25,789 nucleotides of DNA from assembly GCA_030704615.1 (NCBI GenBank), contig JAKLZA010000282.1, forward strand, positions 1 through 25,789. Reading direction: 5' to 3'. The position numbers and the translations under genes are program-made. The notes beneath the pieces are model-generated. The model was given only the letters and a program-made list of their open reading frames with translations. It had not been told where the DNA came from and made no database searches. This DNA is from Takakia lepidozioides (taxonomy: Eukaryota; Plantae; Bryophyta). Shown piece after piece: positions 11,077 through 23,300 of the stretch; the first letter of the stretch is position 1; each line of letters opens with the position of its first letter.

Positions 11077-11790
11077 ATGCAAAGTAATGAAGAGACTTTG
11101 GCTGAAGTAATATGTCAGACCAAAGCAGAAATTACCATTGGACAGCTATTAGCTGTGGCACCTTATTGTAGGCACAGGCTGTATCAGGCAATCAATCGAA
11201 TTGCCCAAGAGACAGGAAACACAGACCTGAACAGCAAGGTGACCAGTTATAATGTGAAGCCGGAAGGGCGAGAACCAGTCATGGACTTTGATGATTCTAT
11301 GCCAGTAATCCAATTGAGAATTGGAAGCACAGAACTAACTGATGTACTGATAGATGGTGGTTCTGGAGTAAATATCATGACAGACCAATTAAGGAAGAAG
11401 CTTGGTCTAAGTAACATGAAACCAGCCCCATTTACAGTAACAATGGCAGATCAAAGAAGTGTACAGCCATTGGGATTAATAAGAGGAGTTAAGATACAGA
11501 TACAGAAAATGATCTTTATGATCACAGTAACTGTATTAAAAATGGATGAAGTCATGGAGGCTTACTCCTTATTATTGGGACGTCCGTGGCTGAAACAGGC
11601 CAGGGTATTCCATGACTGGAATTCTCAGTTACTAACTGTGCATAATGGGATGCACGAGATACAAATTACCACAAAGAAATCTAGTAGATTACCTGCTACA
11701 AGAAGACCTCGAGGAGTCAGAGAGTATGACTGGAGGGGAGGACTGGATGAGGAGCAGGAAGCTACCCTATTTGCTGCACACCCAGAGTGG
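11077..11790 (+). CDS. pol: Aspartic protease domain of pol
   Basis: VLIDGGSGVNIM (catalytic D at 11353), MADQRSVQPLG, YSLLLGRPWL. Confidence 0.9.
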
Positions 11791-12043
11791 GAGCAGTTGC
11801 AGAGATGCGGCTGGAAAGCCTAAGTTGTTTGAGAGGTATCTGCTGTGGTGTAGTGACAGCAACACCAACGGAAGAAGAAACCAGCATTTACCCATCACAT
11901 TTCTATGAAGAAAGAGAAGGAGAAATAGAAATCCTAGAAGAACCAGCCACTGTGAGCTTACAGGATGAAGTGGTGACTGGTTGGACAATCACAGCTGATG
12001 AGCAGGTGAGAGAAGTAAATGTGGGAACTCAGGAGGAACCAGG

Positions 12044-12830
12044 ATGGTGAAAGTAGGAGCTGATTTGGAGCCGGAATTCTTCGAAGAAGCTAAAAGCTTG
12101 TTCATCAAATACAGAGATGTATTTGCTTGGAGCTATGAGGATCTAAAAGGGATACCACCTGAAGTCTGTCAGCATAAATTGAACTGGAACCAGGGTCAGT
12201 ACCAATCAAGCAGGCGAGGTATAGAATGAATCCCAACTACGCACAGAAGGTTGGAGAAGAGATAAAGAAGTTGGCTGAGGCTAAGTTTATATACCCAATA
12301 GAGTATACAACTTGGTTGTCACCCATTGTTATAGTTCCCAAGAAGAATGGCAAACTAAGAGTATGTGTGAACTATAAGAAGCTGAATGCTTGTACGAAGA
12401 AAGATCCTTTCCCTTTGCCATTCACAGAAGCAGTATTAGACACTGTGGCAGGCCATGAGATGTACTCATTCATGGATGGCTTCAGTGGTTATAATCAAGT
12501 GCAAGTGGCAGAAGAAGACCAAGGGAAAACAGCTTTCATCACAGACTGGGGGGCTTATGCATACAAAGTCATGCCCTTTGGACTTTGTAATGCACCAGCG
12601 ACCTTTCAGAGAGTGATAAGTGAATCTTTTCAAGAGTATCTGGATGATTTCATGCAGGTGTTTTTGGATGATTTCAGTGTGTACAGCTCTAAGAATGAGC
12701 ACTTGCATAAATTGGAGTTATGCCTGGCCAGATGCAGGATGAGAGGTCTGGGCTTGAATCCAGAGAAGTGTACTTTCTGTGTGAACTCAGGGGTGCTTCT
12801 GGGACACATTGTGTGTAAGAAGGGACTCTT
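12044..12830 (+). CDS. pol: Reverse transcriptase domain (frameshifted)
   Basis: YRDVFAWSYEDLKGI, WLSPIVIVPKKNGKLRVCVNYKKLN, DGFSGYNQ, MPFGLCNAPATFQR, FLDD, LNPEKC. Confidence 0.97.
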
Positions 12831-13470
12831 GTGGATCCCAGGAAGACAGAGTCCATTAAAGTCTCTCCACCACCAGTGAATGTTAAGAGTTTAAGGAGAT
12901 TCCTTGGGCAAACCAGTTATTACAGAAGATTTGTCAAAAGGTATGCACAAATAGCAGCACCATTGAGCAAGCTTCTGAAGAAAGATGCAGTGTTTGCCTG
13001 GACAGCTGAATGTCAACAGGCGTTTGAGGAACTTACACTGTCAGTAACAACTACACCTGTGCTGATTAACCCTCACTGGCATGTAGTATTTCATGTTCAC
13101 TGCGATGCATCAGGAGAAGCGTTGGGAGCGGTGTTAGCCCAGAATGTTACAGGGAATATAGATTCACCTGTGTACTATGCTAGCCGGTTGATGAACAGTG
13201 CTGAGAGGAACTATAGCACAACGGAAAGAGAAGCATTGGCAATGATCTATGCAGTGAAGAAATTCAGGCATTACCTATTGGGAAGAAAGTTTATGTTTTA
13301 TGTGGATCACCAGGCTCTGATATATCTGGTGAACAAACCTTTGATAAGTGGAAGGATAGCGAGGTGGTTAATAATCTTGCATGAGTTTGAGTTCGAGGTT
13401 ATTTACAAGCCTGGCCGTTTGCATCTTGTGGCAGATCATTTGTCACGACTAAACAGGAGAGGCCGCCACA
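12831..13470 (+). CDS. pol: RT connection and RNase H domain
   Basis: FLGQTSYYRRFV, HCDASGEALGAVL, ERNYSTTEREALA, VDHQAL, VADHLSR. Confidence 0.95.
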
Positions 13471-13639
13471 GGAGTGGACGATCAGTTACCTGATGCGAGT
13501 TTATTTGTAATGGAGGTGCAAGGAAGTGCAGATGAATGGTTAGATTGGCAGTGGCCAATCAGATACTACTTGCTCATGGTCAGTGCCCACCTAGTTATGG
13601 TAAGGAGCAGAGGAAAGAATTGCTATCAAAGCTTTACCT

Positions 13640-14770
13640 TATACTATGGTAGGAAGCAGAATGTATAAGTTAGGACCTGATGGAGTACTAAAACGATGCT
13701 TGTACCACCATGAAGTAAATAAAGTCTTGGAGGAAGTTCATAAAGGAGTGGCTGGAGGTCATTTGGAGAAGAGACTACCAGTAAAAGATACTACTCGCAG
13801 GATACTGGTGGCCTACTTTGTTCAAAGATGTACATGAGTATTGTCAGAAGTGTGATGAATGTCAGAGGCTAGGACCTTTGCAGAGATCTGGAAGAATGGC
13901 CTTGCATCCTACAATGCCTACGGAACCATTTCAGAAATGGGACTAGACTTTGTTGGACCAATTAATCCACCATCCAAGAATACACGAACAGGTACATAAT
14001 TACAGCCACTGATTATACTACAAAGTGGGTGGAAGCTAAAGCTTTGAGGGACAACACAGCCAAGTCCACAGCAAGGTTCCTGTACGAGAACATACTTACA
14101 CGATTTGGATGTCCCTTAGAATTTATCAGTGATCAAGGAAGTCACTTCATGAATGAGACCATTGAGTTGTTGACTAAAGAGTTTATGATTGTGCATAGAA
14201 AGAGTACAACATATTACCCACAGGGTAATGGCAGGCAGAGGCTACCAACAAAATACTATGTACTATCTTGGCTAAGATAGTCAATGCAAACAGAACGGAT
14301 TGGGATACAAAGCTGCTGACAGCTTTGTGGTCATACAGGACTTCATATAAAGTCACCACTAAGTAAACACCATTCCATTAGTTTATGGTATGGAAGCCTT
14401 ACTTCCAGTGGAATTCCTGTTACCTACCATGAGAACGGAGTGGGGAAAAGAATGGAATTGCAAGACTCCATCAAGGTCAGGAAACATGAATTACCATGTG
14501 GAAGAAGTACGTGCTGATGCAGCGATAATATGACCAGAATTCAGATGAAGCGAAAGGAACAGTTTGATGAAGGCAAATTAAAGACTTTTAAGACGGGGGA
14601 TTGGTTCTATGGTTGCAGAAGAAAGGAAAGATTCAAGCTTCTAAGCTTAAATCACCATGGAAAGGACCTTATGTCATACAAAAGATGTATGATAACAACA
14701 CAGCCATGTTACAAACCATTAACAAGAAATGTTGGAAGAGTCAATGCAAATAAGTTGAAGGGGTACAGTG
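13640..14770 (+). CDS. pol: Integrase (HHCC, DDE core, GPY/F), with several frameshifts and one in-frame stop
   Basis: EVHKGVAGGH, YWWPTLFKDVHEYCQKCDECQR, LDFVGPI, ATDYTTKWVEA, ISDQGSHF, YYPQGNG.AEATNK, PWKGPYVI, VNANKLK. TAA near 14364. Confidence 0.93.
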
Positions 14771-14904
14771 GTATCCATGACAACCCCCTGCAACATGATT
14801 TGCATGTTGAACCGCAAGAGCAGTCACCCTGCACCAGTGTTACGAACGAGATGGACACTTGTCGCTAGCCCAGTATATATGACCGGGGTGGGCAAAACAA
14901 ACGT

Positions 14905-15165
14905 ACAACAGCCTATCACTCAGGACACAGCCTATCACAGCCCATCACACACAGCCTATCACAGCCCATCACGAACACAGCCTATCACAGCCCATCACGG
15001 CGTGACACAGCGCCACAGCCCATCACGACGTGACACAGCCATTTCATGACACAGCCTATCACAACCGTGACACAGCGCAACACAGCCTATCACAGCAGCG
15101 TGTCACAGCCTATCACAGCTTACCACAGTGCAACACAGCCTATCACAGCTCAAGACAGCCTACTA
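14905..15165 (+). repeat. Internal minisatellite ACACAGCCTATCACAGC downstream of pol
   Basis: Repeated acagcctatcac and acagcccatcac units with gtgacacagc variants. Confidence 0.9.
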
Positions 15166-15537
15166 CACGATCCATAGAATCAGTGACAAGTGGACACATA
15201 AAACTTCAGGAAAATGGCTGAAGGAAGAAGAAACGGAAATTAATTTAAAAATAGACACGTGGAGGTCAGGGTGCGACACACAGCAGAGAATGAAGTGCAA
15301 GGACAGGTGTCAAAAAGAAAGAGGACAAGAACGGCCGTCAAAAGGGATGAAAGCGGGCCCATTAATGATTACGGAAAAAGGGAAACAGAACGAACGGCAA
15401 GTACAGAAAAGCCGAATTCATGTCGCATGTGTGATCCTAGTGGACTATCCAACAGGGAAAGTCCACTAAAGAAGATAAAAGTTAAAATCCAGTCACAGCG
15501 GCCACAGCCAATAGAAAACCAGAGAAAGATCAAGAAA

Positions 15538-18500
15538 ATGGAGGAAAATTGAGCGCAAAGAGCGGCGTCGTTCTGAGTAACGGGCGTCTCGACAGGACAG
15601 GCCATAAATGCTATAACTTGGAAACTATGGAGGAACTAACAGACTATACGCTCGCAATATTACTTACGCAGTGGCAGAGACACGAAACGAAAGAGCAGAG
15701 CTTTTCTCTTGAACATGCTGCAAGCCGCAGGCTTACAAGAGGTTACCCATAGCTTTCTGCGGCAACCATACGTTTCTGTGCACTACAGGCACTCCCTGCA
15801 GTTGTTACAGCCAAAGCAGTTCTGTGAGTCTAAGATGAAGAGAGTGAGAGGAATGGAGGAAATCAGGGTGAAGAGCACCACATTCTGCAGAAACAAACGA
15901 TGGCTACCCCACAGGCGATAAGACTGAAGGAGCTGAGATTGGAAGGATTGCAAAGCAGGATTGGACACTACACCATGACAGTACATGTTACAATTTTTTG
16001 CAGAACTTTGAGCCAAAGACAGGAACAACAACGGTGAAGGGAGTTGAATTAATGATTACTCCCCTATACCTCCAGCAATTGTTTCAATTGCCAGCAGGTC
16101 ATGTGTATGTGGAGAACACAGGGAAAGACTGCAAATAGGGGATTTATTCCAAGAAGGGAGTTTCTTTAAAACTCAGGGTTATGCTTGTACCAAAGCTGTG
16201 TACCCAGGTTAAAAGACATAGGCCAAGTATTGAACGTTCTGATTGCCCTGAAACAGAACCAACAATATTTGAGCAGATCCTTCACAGAGGAAATCCTCAA
16301 AGGCTTGAAGGGACAAGAGGTACATGGGCGGACATAATGTACAACGCACTGGTAGAGGAGATGAAAAGATTACAAGTACTACCGCAAATCTCCTATCATA
16401 GTGTCTGGCCCAATCATTGCTCAAATAATCCTTATTCTGGCATACTTAATGCACAAGAAAGGAAGGAAATGGGAGTGTTTGAGCCAGAAACAACTGCAAT
16501 GGAAGAGCAAGGCTCTTCACACAGTGAGGGTGGACTAGCAGCACAACCCGAGACTAAGAGGCAGAGAAGGGGAAAGACTGTAGTGGCGGATCCACTGGCT
16601 TCACGGATTCCGCATGATAATGTTTCCCAAGCTCATGACCAGGAAGGGGGCACAGCAGCACAAAAGAATGTTATTACTGGAAGCAGGACCTTCAGAGAGG
16701 GAGGAGAAGTTACTTCTGCATCACAACCAACACAGCCACTTGAACGACTTGTCACAAGGTCACAAGTTATCCATGCAGCTCAACCCGAAATAATTGATTT
16801 GGAAAGTGAAGGGATAGATATTCCAACTACAGAACAGATAGTGGCAAAATAGAGAAAGGGGACCTTCTCTATGAATATTCTGGTCTGGTCAAGGAGACAG
16901 AAATCCAGAGGTGCAACAGTTGCCCAAGGAAAATCCTGAGGTGCATATAATGCACACACCTGTGTCGGAGGTACCACAACGGCGAGGCCATGAAGAGGCG
17001 GAAGGCCATGACACTGTAGCACCGGTCATAATGAAGTAGTTCAGGAAGAAAATCCGGTGGGACAATGGTCTGAATGGTTAGTGAGACATCATACTGTTGA
17101 AGATCGGGAGGAACAGCAGCAACCTCACCATGATGACCCTCAACAGGCAATGCTGATGAGTTCCATAGGCAGGACACTTAATTTGTGGGGACTTATGTCA
17201 AAACCCATGTTCCAATTACCCAATTGACAGCCTTGAAAGAAGAACTCAGGAAGGAGTTTGAGGCTCGACTTGCCACTGAGTGTGCAAACAAGGTCGATGA
17301 AGAGGTCACTCTCAAGATGAAGCAGGACTTGGCCAATACAGAAATGGCTTTGCAATTGGCCAAGCAACAATTGATTGAGGCAGGCCTCGCGCAAGACCAG
17401 TTGCACGAAGCACATAAGCAACAGCTATACCAAATGCAGGTGCAGCATGAAAGCAAGTTGCAAGAACTGAATGCACTACATACGGAGTTGCAGACAGTGC
17501 ATAACAGGATGGCGATACAATGCGCTACATTTACAACTATGCTTGACCAATCAACAAAAGAAATAAACAGTCAAGCGGAAAAATGTACGAAGGCAGAAGA
17601 AGAGAATGTGGAGCACATGAAGCTCATTGTCGATATGAAGAATACAATCTGTCGCAATGAAGATACTTTCAAGCAATACAGGCAGATGGAAGCTGAGAAT
17701 GAGAAATACATCGTGGAGTTGCAACAAACCATCGTGGCCAATAGAAATGAAATCTCAGTAACAAGGCTTCGAAAGAAGCCAATAATCTACTTGCTGCCTA
17801 TGCGCAATTGGTTGAGCCACAGGCGAAGCGCATGAAGGCTTTACAACAGCAGTTGGAATTGTATAAGCTAAGAGGAGCAAACTCTCAGGGGAACCACAAG
17901 CAGCTTGGTGGATAACAGCCTTATGCAGGTCTGGTTAGCACAAGGGCCAGTAGAGGCAAAAGCCCACGGAAGCTCACCCAAAGCGAGATGAATGAGCTCA
18001 GACTGCAGGCAGAACATTGCCACAACTACTATAGACAATGTCTATAGTAGGATAGCAGAGTTACAAGAGGATGTAGACGGACTCCAGACTCAAGTGGAAG
18101 ACCTCACTTCAAACATCGACCAAAGAGTCTATATCCCTCAGGAACAGCTAATGGCTTCTTATTTGCAAGCCAGAACTCTGGCTTTTCAGTCTTCACAGGA
18201 GGTGCAGGAGATGCCAATGGTACAGGAACCAGTACCACCACCACCACAACAGGTCAGTGTACCAGTAGCTGAACCTGTGGTTACTACAACCACACCACAG
18301 CCACCACAGCCGGAGGTATGGGGCAATGCAGCTTTTAACCCACCTAAAACTCCAGCTGCCAGGGAGTACAGTAGGGCTATGATTATGCCCTTCAACCAAA
18401 TTCCATCATGTTGGATTTGGCTTGGAAAGAATTTAGTCCTCCGCAGTCATTCGCACATTACTACCAAATCATGCGTATTTGGCTGCCAGTGGCAACCAGG

Positions 18501-19376
18501 ACTAAAGTTCTTCCAAACAATCGACATATTGAAGATCATCACTTTGCACAATACTGGCACGAGGCAGGTACCATGTTGAGGGAATTGGTTGCTTTCCAGG
18601 TTGTACATGGACTCATTTATACCAAGACCAAGGAGATAGCAAGTATTGTCATGGGGTGCGGGCTATACTACGCTGCTTGTTTCTGATACGTTACCACATT
18701 GAGCAACAAAAGATGCAAGCACGCTTTCAAAGTTACTCCAGTGGAGATCATTGGGTATTACCTTCGGTGCCACCTCATATGTACCTATATGACCCAAAAG
18801 TTATGATACAAAAGGATTCTCAAATTCGTTCATGGTTTCAAGCAGCCTGCAACAATTTGTCAACACAGAAATTCGGACTTGATGACATTTTCTATAAGGG
18901 ACATATCGCATGGAAATACTTGCACGCGGCACCAGTAATTGGTACCCCACTCATCTGGACAGACAAGGAGCTCAGTGTCTACACCAATTTTGCTGTTCAA
19001 CGGTTACACCAGGTTGTAAAATGCAAACTTCCAGACATGGTAGGACAGCATTGTATGCCCAGATGATTCCACAAAAAGTTCGAAAATTAAAACACCTGAG
19101 AGGCGATGAGGATTCTGATACAACTGTTTCTTCACAAATTCTTTTGACATGGGAGAAGACTATGCAATTCAGATGGAAGAGAAGAAACAAAGGGGATCTC
19201 CTATGCCGGAAAGATTACCTCGATATCAGCCTCCAGAAGGCCTCACTTATCCAGGTAGTGATCAACCATCTCCATCAACCAGAGACAGACCTCGGGCTCG
19301 TACACACAGCCCACCACGAAACTCTCAACGTCAACAAGGTGCTCACTCACAAAGGTTTGCTACTCGAAAACAGTAA
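15538..19376 (+). CDS. Large extra sense ORF 3' of pol (about 1,250 aa if frameshifts are corrected): Transposase_32-like domain, disordered linker, coiled coil, unknown C-terminal domain
   Basis: Chain of overlapping plus-strand ORFs ending TAA at 19374-19376. The stretch at about 15920-16130 reads RLKELRLEGL..DWTLHHDSTCYNFLQNFEPKTGTTTVKGVELMITPLYLQQLFQLPAG, later WADIMYNALVEEM. Heptad-rich E/Q/K/L region at 17200-18190. The start position is approximate. Confidence 0.7.
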
Positions 19377-19377
19377 A

Positions 19378-19412
19378 CCGTGAGGACACGGCTTTTTGAG
19401 GGGGAAGGGTAA
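19378..19412 (+). promoter_or_regulatory. Pre-PPT hairpin and polypurine tract
   Basis: CCGTG-agga-CACGG (19378-19391), T-run, then GAGGGGGAAGGGTAA (19398-19412) directly before the 3' LTR. Confidence 0.9.
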
Positions 19413-20306
19413 TGTTAGAGGACTGTAGGGGACTTAGACACTTATACGGGATCTGTAGGGTACCCTTAATTTTTGCACAGACTGAGACAAACAGGAACCT
19501 TAGGGGTGACAGCAGCGCACTGTAGAGGGGGGTTCACAGTCACAGCCCACACAGCCTTCACAGTCACAGTCACAGTCACAGTCACAGCCACACAGCCGTC
19601 ACAGTCACAGTCACAGTCGTCACAGCCCACACAGCCCACACAGCCGTCACAGTCGTCACAGCACAGCCACACAGCCAGTCACAGCCCGACACAGCCAAAC
19701 ACAGCCAGTCACCGCTTGACACAGCTGTCACGATAATAGGGAACGAAGAGTAGGACAGGGAACGACTGTGGGGAACAACACCAGTGAAGGGAACATGTTA
19801 GTTCACATACGACGGTTAGAGAGGGAAACGGTTAGAACCGCGGATAGGAGGATAAAGGGAAGAACGGGGAAGAGATCATTATTCGGGGAGGACTTGGGAG
19901 TCAGGCGGGAGCGGAGATCGGAGAGCACGATGAAGGAGGAATTAGTAGATGCTTGTTAGATGCAAAGCTAGGGATATTGTAGAGAGAATTAGAGACAAAT
20001 GGCTTCGGCCTGATACCTGATAAATCATAATCTGATACTTATACGATACAATCACACTGTAGAGAGATCTGAGTGAAGCTGTGGATTGAATGGAGGAGTG
20101 AAGGAAACTAATACTAATTATCAATGGTAAGGTAGCTAAGATGAATGCGAAAAAGGGAAACAAATAGGAAACACCCCCATGATACACTAGCTGTAGGTCA
20201 TGACTGATTGTTCTGCGCGGGCTGAGTACTTAGAGATTTCCAACTCTTCTATCTTGGAGTTTCCGCCTCGGATAGCGAAGGGATGGGTGAGTAAAAGCGC
20301 GCGACA
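19413..20306 (+). repeat. 3' LTR (894 bp)
   Basis: TGTTAGAGGACTG...CGCGACA, preceded by the PPT. Shorter than the 5' LTR mainly in the CACAG tract and one deletion near 19870. Confidence 0.95.
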
Positions 20307-23300
20307 AAGTACATAATCTGAAGACCTGTCAGATGGACGAGACATAAGCAGTGTACTCACGTTTTCAGCTAACACCTTGAGCATGACAAAAGGTTATCAA
20401 TATATGTTCCTGTGATGAACCCAAGGCAATGGGAAGGCCAAAGCCATGAGATATCAGCCTCCTCCGCCATGACCATGGTGTGGAGCAGCAAGTGTAAGAT
20501 CTTCTCCAGCAAAAATATGTTGGCTAATTGTCATGGAGAGTAAGGCATCCTTGAAGGTACCTGAGATAAGCATAGAACATCTATAGGGCTTCTGAATGCT
20601 GAAATTTTGAGCTAGGCCTTGGTAAGACAGCTTGCTGGAGTAGACGTGTACACCTTATACATGATCCGGTCAATGCACATTACTCTTGTTTGCCGGTCCC
20701 CTGTAGCCGATGCCTTATGTCAGATTTAGATACCTCATGATAAGAATGAGTTCCATTTCTTTGGCTCAAATGTTTCCATGTTTCTCCTGGTTATGGCTTT
20801 GCTCTTTATAGCACCATAAAAAAAATACCCAATTATGATGTGCTGCTGGTAGATGTTTTGTCTGAATATAACCAGGGGTAAACCCCTGCCAGACTTCATC
20901 ACCTAAGTCCCATACCTGCCCCCTTTGGTTTTGTACACCCAAAAACAGGGGGGTAAAACACTAAAAGTCTGATATAAGATTTCCCGATTGTTACTTTATG
21001 ACAATCATTAGGGCGACTATCTCTTGTTCCTATGGCATACTGATGTGACAATGGAGCAACGATATGACAAGCTGATGGCTTTAAAGAGATCTGGTAACAT
21101 GCTACAATGTAGGGCAGACCTGTTTTCATGACCAGACAGTGTTCTTGAATGTACAAGCATTGGAAACTTAGCCTCTTTTAGAAGCTGGTTACTTTAGGAC
21201 ACTTGATACCATGCCAAACTGATATGGATGGATCTTTCGTGGCCAAATCCGGTCCTTGGTTATATGCCCTCGAATGTTTACCTATTTTCCAAAACGGTAA
21301 GACATTGGTAGATGTGAAGAGAATGATTCAGGCATTGTATTCAAGTTGCTTTAGGATAAATAGTACCAAAGTAACCTGCAGGCCCGATGGGATGAGCAAT
21401 TCAGATTCTTTGTGTTTCCTATGGATGATTGCATGGCATGTAAATCTGATTACAGCCTGTTATGGTAATGATTTCCTACCCCAGACATAGAACTTGGTCT
21501 TGGGGCATGGAATAAGAGGTGGGAATATTACTCTACCCTACCATTGAAATTACACACCAGCCCCAGATCTAAAACAGATCATGGGGCAAAAACATGGTGT
21601 CAATAAGTGACTTGATGTGCGAAATAGGGCAGCTGATTACACCCCGTTGTATAAGCTGCCAAATATTCAGTCCGTAACCCTGCTTTGGTGATGTTCTCTA
21701 TGTAAAGAAATGCTCTTATTTTGTTCTTACGCCTTCTACGATCATAAATGGCTTCTTTAAGACCAACAGACATTTCCAGCCATGAACAGTGATCAATGGA
21801 TCTTTATTTGGACATGGATACTTACTGCTCAGTCACTTGGTATGTCCAATGATACAAAGAACCCAAAACTATACTAGTTTTGGGCCAACAATAAATTAGG
21901 ATGGTTGGTTATGCCTTGGTATGTAAGCTGACCAAAAAATACAGACCGAATGACATGGCATGTCATGAATGGCACTTTTTAGCATGCTGAACAACGGTTT
22001 CCTGCTATGAACAGTGGTAATTGAGTCTCTCAATTTTCCCACCCAGAGACTTCATTGACTTTGAAGTCTGGGATTTGTCATAAAGCTGACTTGTGAATGA
22101 AGAATGGTTGATAATGAGGCTGATTCGTCGTTAATTTTACAATGACCTTGTCAGGTCTTTGTCCATGTCTCGACGAGACATAAGTATCTTCCCTCTCTGA
22201 TTAGACCAGTGTACTTGGTGGTTCTTGTACACATTATCAACCAATCTCCCTTCTGTTTTCAGTTTTATGTTTGATTTACTAACACCTTGGTCTGAGCATG
22301 ACAAAAGGTTATCAATATATGTTCCTGATCGAAGTGATGAACCCAAGGCAATGGGAAGGCCAAAGCCATGAGATATCAGCCTCCTCTCCCGCCATGACCA
22401 TGGTGTGGAGCAAGCAAGTCCTTCATAAGGTAAGATCTTCTCCAGCAAAAATATGTTGGCTAATTGGTCATGGAGAGTAAGGCATCCTTGAAGGTACCTG
22501 AGATAAGCATAGAACATCTATAGGGCTTCTGAATGCTGAAATTTTGAGCTAGGCCTTGGTAAGACAGCTTGCTGGAGTAGACGTGTACACCTTATACATG
22601 ATCCGGTCAATGCACATTACTCTTGTTTGCCGGTCCCCTGTAGCCGATGCCTTATGTCAGATTTAGATACCTCATGATAAGAATGAGTTCCATTTCTTTG
22701 GCTCAAATGTTTCCATGTTTCTCCTGGTTATGGCTTTGCTCTTTATAGCACCATAAAAAAAATACCCAATTATGATGTGCTGCTGGTAGATGTTTTGTCT
22801 GAATATAACCAGGCGGTAAACCCCTGCCAGACTTCATCACCTAAGTCCCAATACCTGCCCCCTTTGGTTTGTACACCCAAAACAAGGGGTGGGTAAACAC
22901 TAAAAGTCTGATATAAGATTTCCCGATTGTTACTTTATGACAATCATTAGGGCGACTATCTCTTGTTCCCTATGGCATACTGATGTGACAATGGAGCAAC
23001 GATATGACAAGCTGATGGCTTTAAAGAGATCTGGTAACATGCTACAATGTAGGGCAGACCTGTTTTCATGACCAGACAGTGTTCTTGAATGTACAAGCAT
23101 TGGAAACTTAGCCTCTTTTAGAAGCTGGTTACTTAGGACACTTGATACCATGCCAAACTGATATGGATGGATCTTTCGTGGCCAAATCCGGTCCTTGGTT
23201 ATATGCCCTCGAATGTTTACCTATTTTCCAAAACGGTAAGACATTGGTAGATGTGAAGAGAATGATTCAGGCATTGTATTCAAGTTGCTTTAGGATAAAT

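Larger units (their letters stand above)
7226..20306 (+). mobile_element. Ty3/Gypsy LTR retrotransposon, non-chromovirus (Athila/Phygy/Selgy-like), about 13.1 kb, with extra 5' and 3' ORFs
   Basis: TG...CA direct LTRs, PBS, gag-PR-RT-RH-INT order, PPT. RT motifs KDPFPLPF, YSFMDGFSGYNQ, MPFGLCNAPATFQR, VFLDDFSV. No chromodomain and no Tat-type additional RNase H seen. Flanks do not form a TSD (ccgcg vs aagta). Confidence 0.95.

Noticed and set aside
9028-11082. Several minus-strand ORFs (e.g. 9900-10502, 200 aa)
   Set aside because: Antisense shadows of purine-rich gag coding sequence, with Ser/Phe/Leu-rich composition.
13470-13640. Tat/Ogre assignment with an additional RNase H
   Set aside because: The RH-INT interval is too short and no second RNase H motif set was seen elsewhere in the element.
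14905-15165. Possible CRISPR-like array
   Set aside because: Units are short, degenerate and contiguous with no unique spacers, there are no cas genes, and the context is a eukaryotic TE.
15538-19376. Retroviral-type env gene
   Set aside because: No signal peptide, fusion peptide or clear transmembrane anchor is visible.
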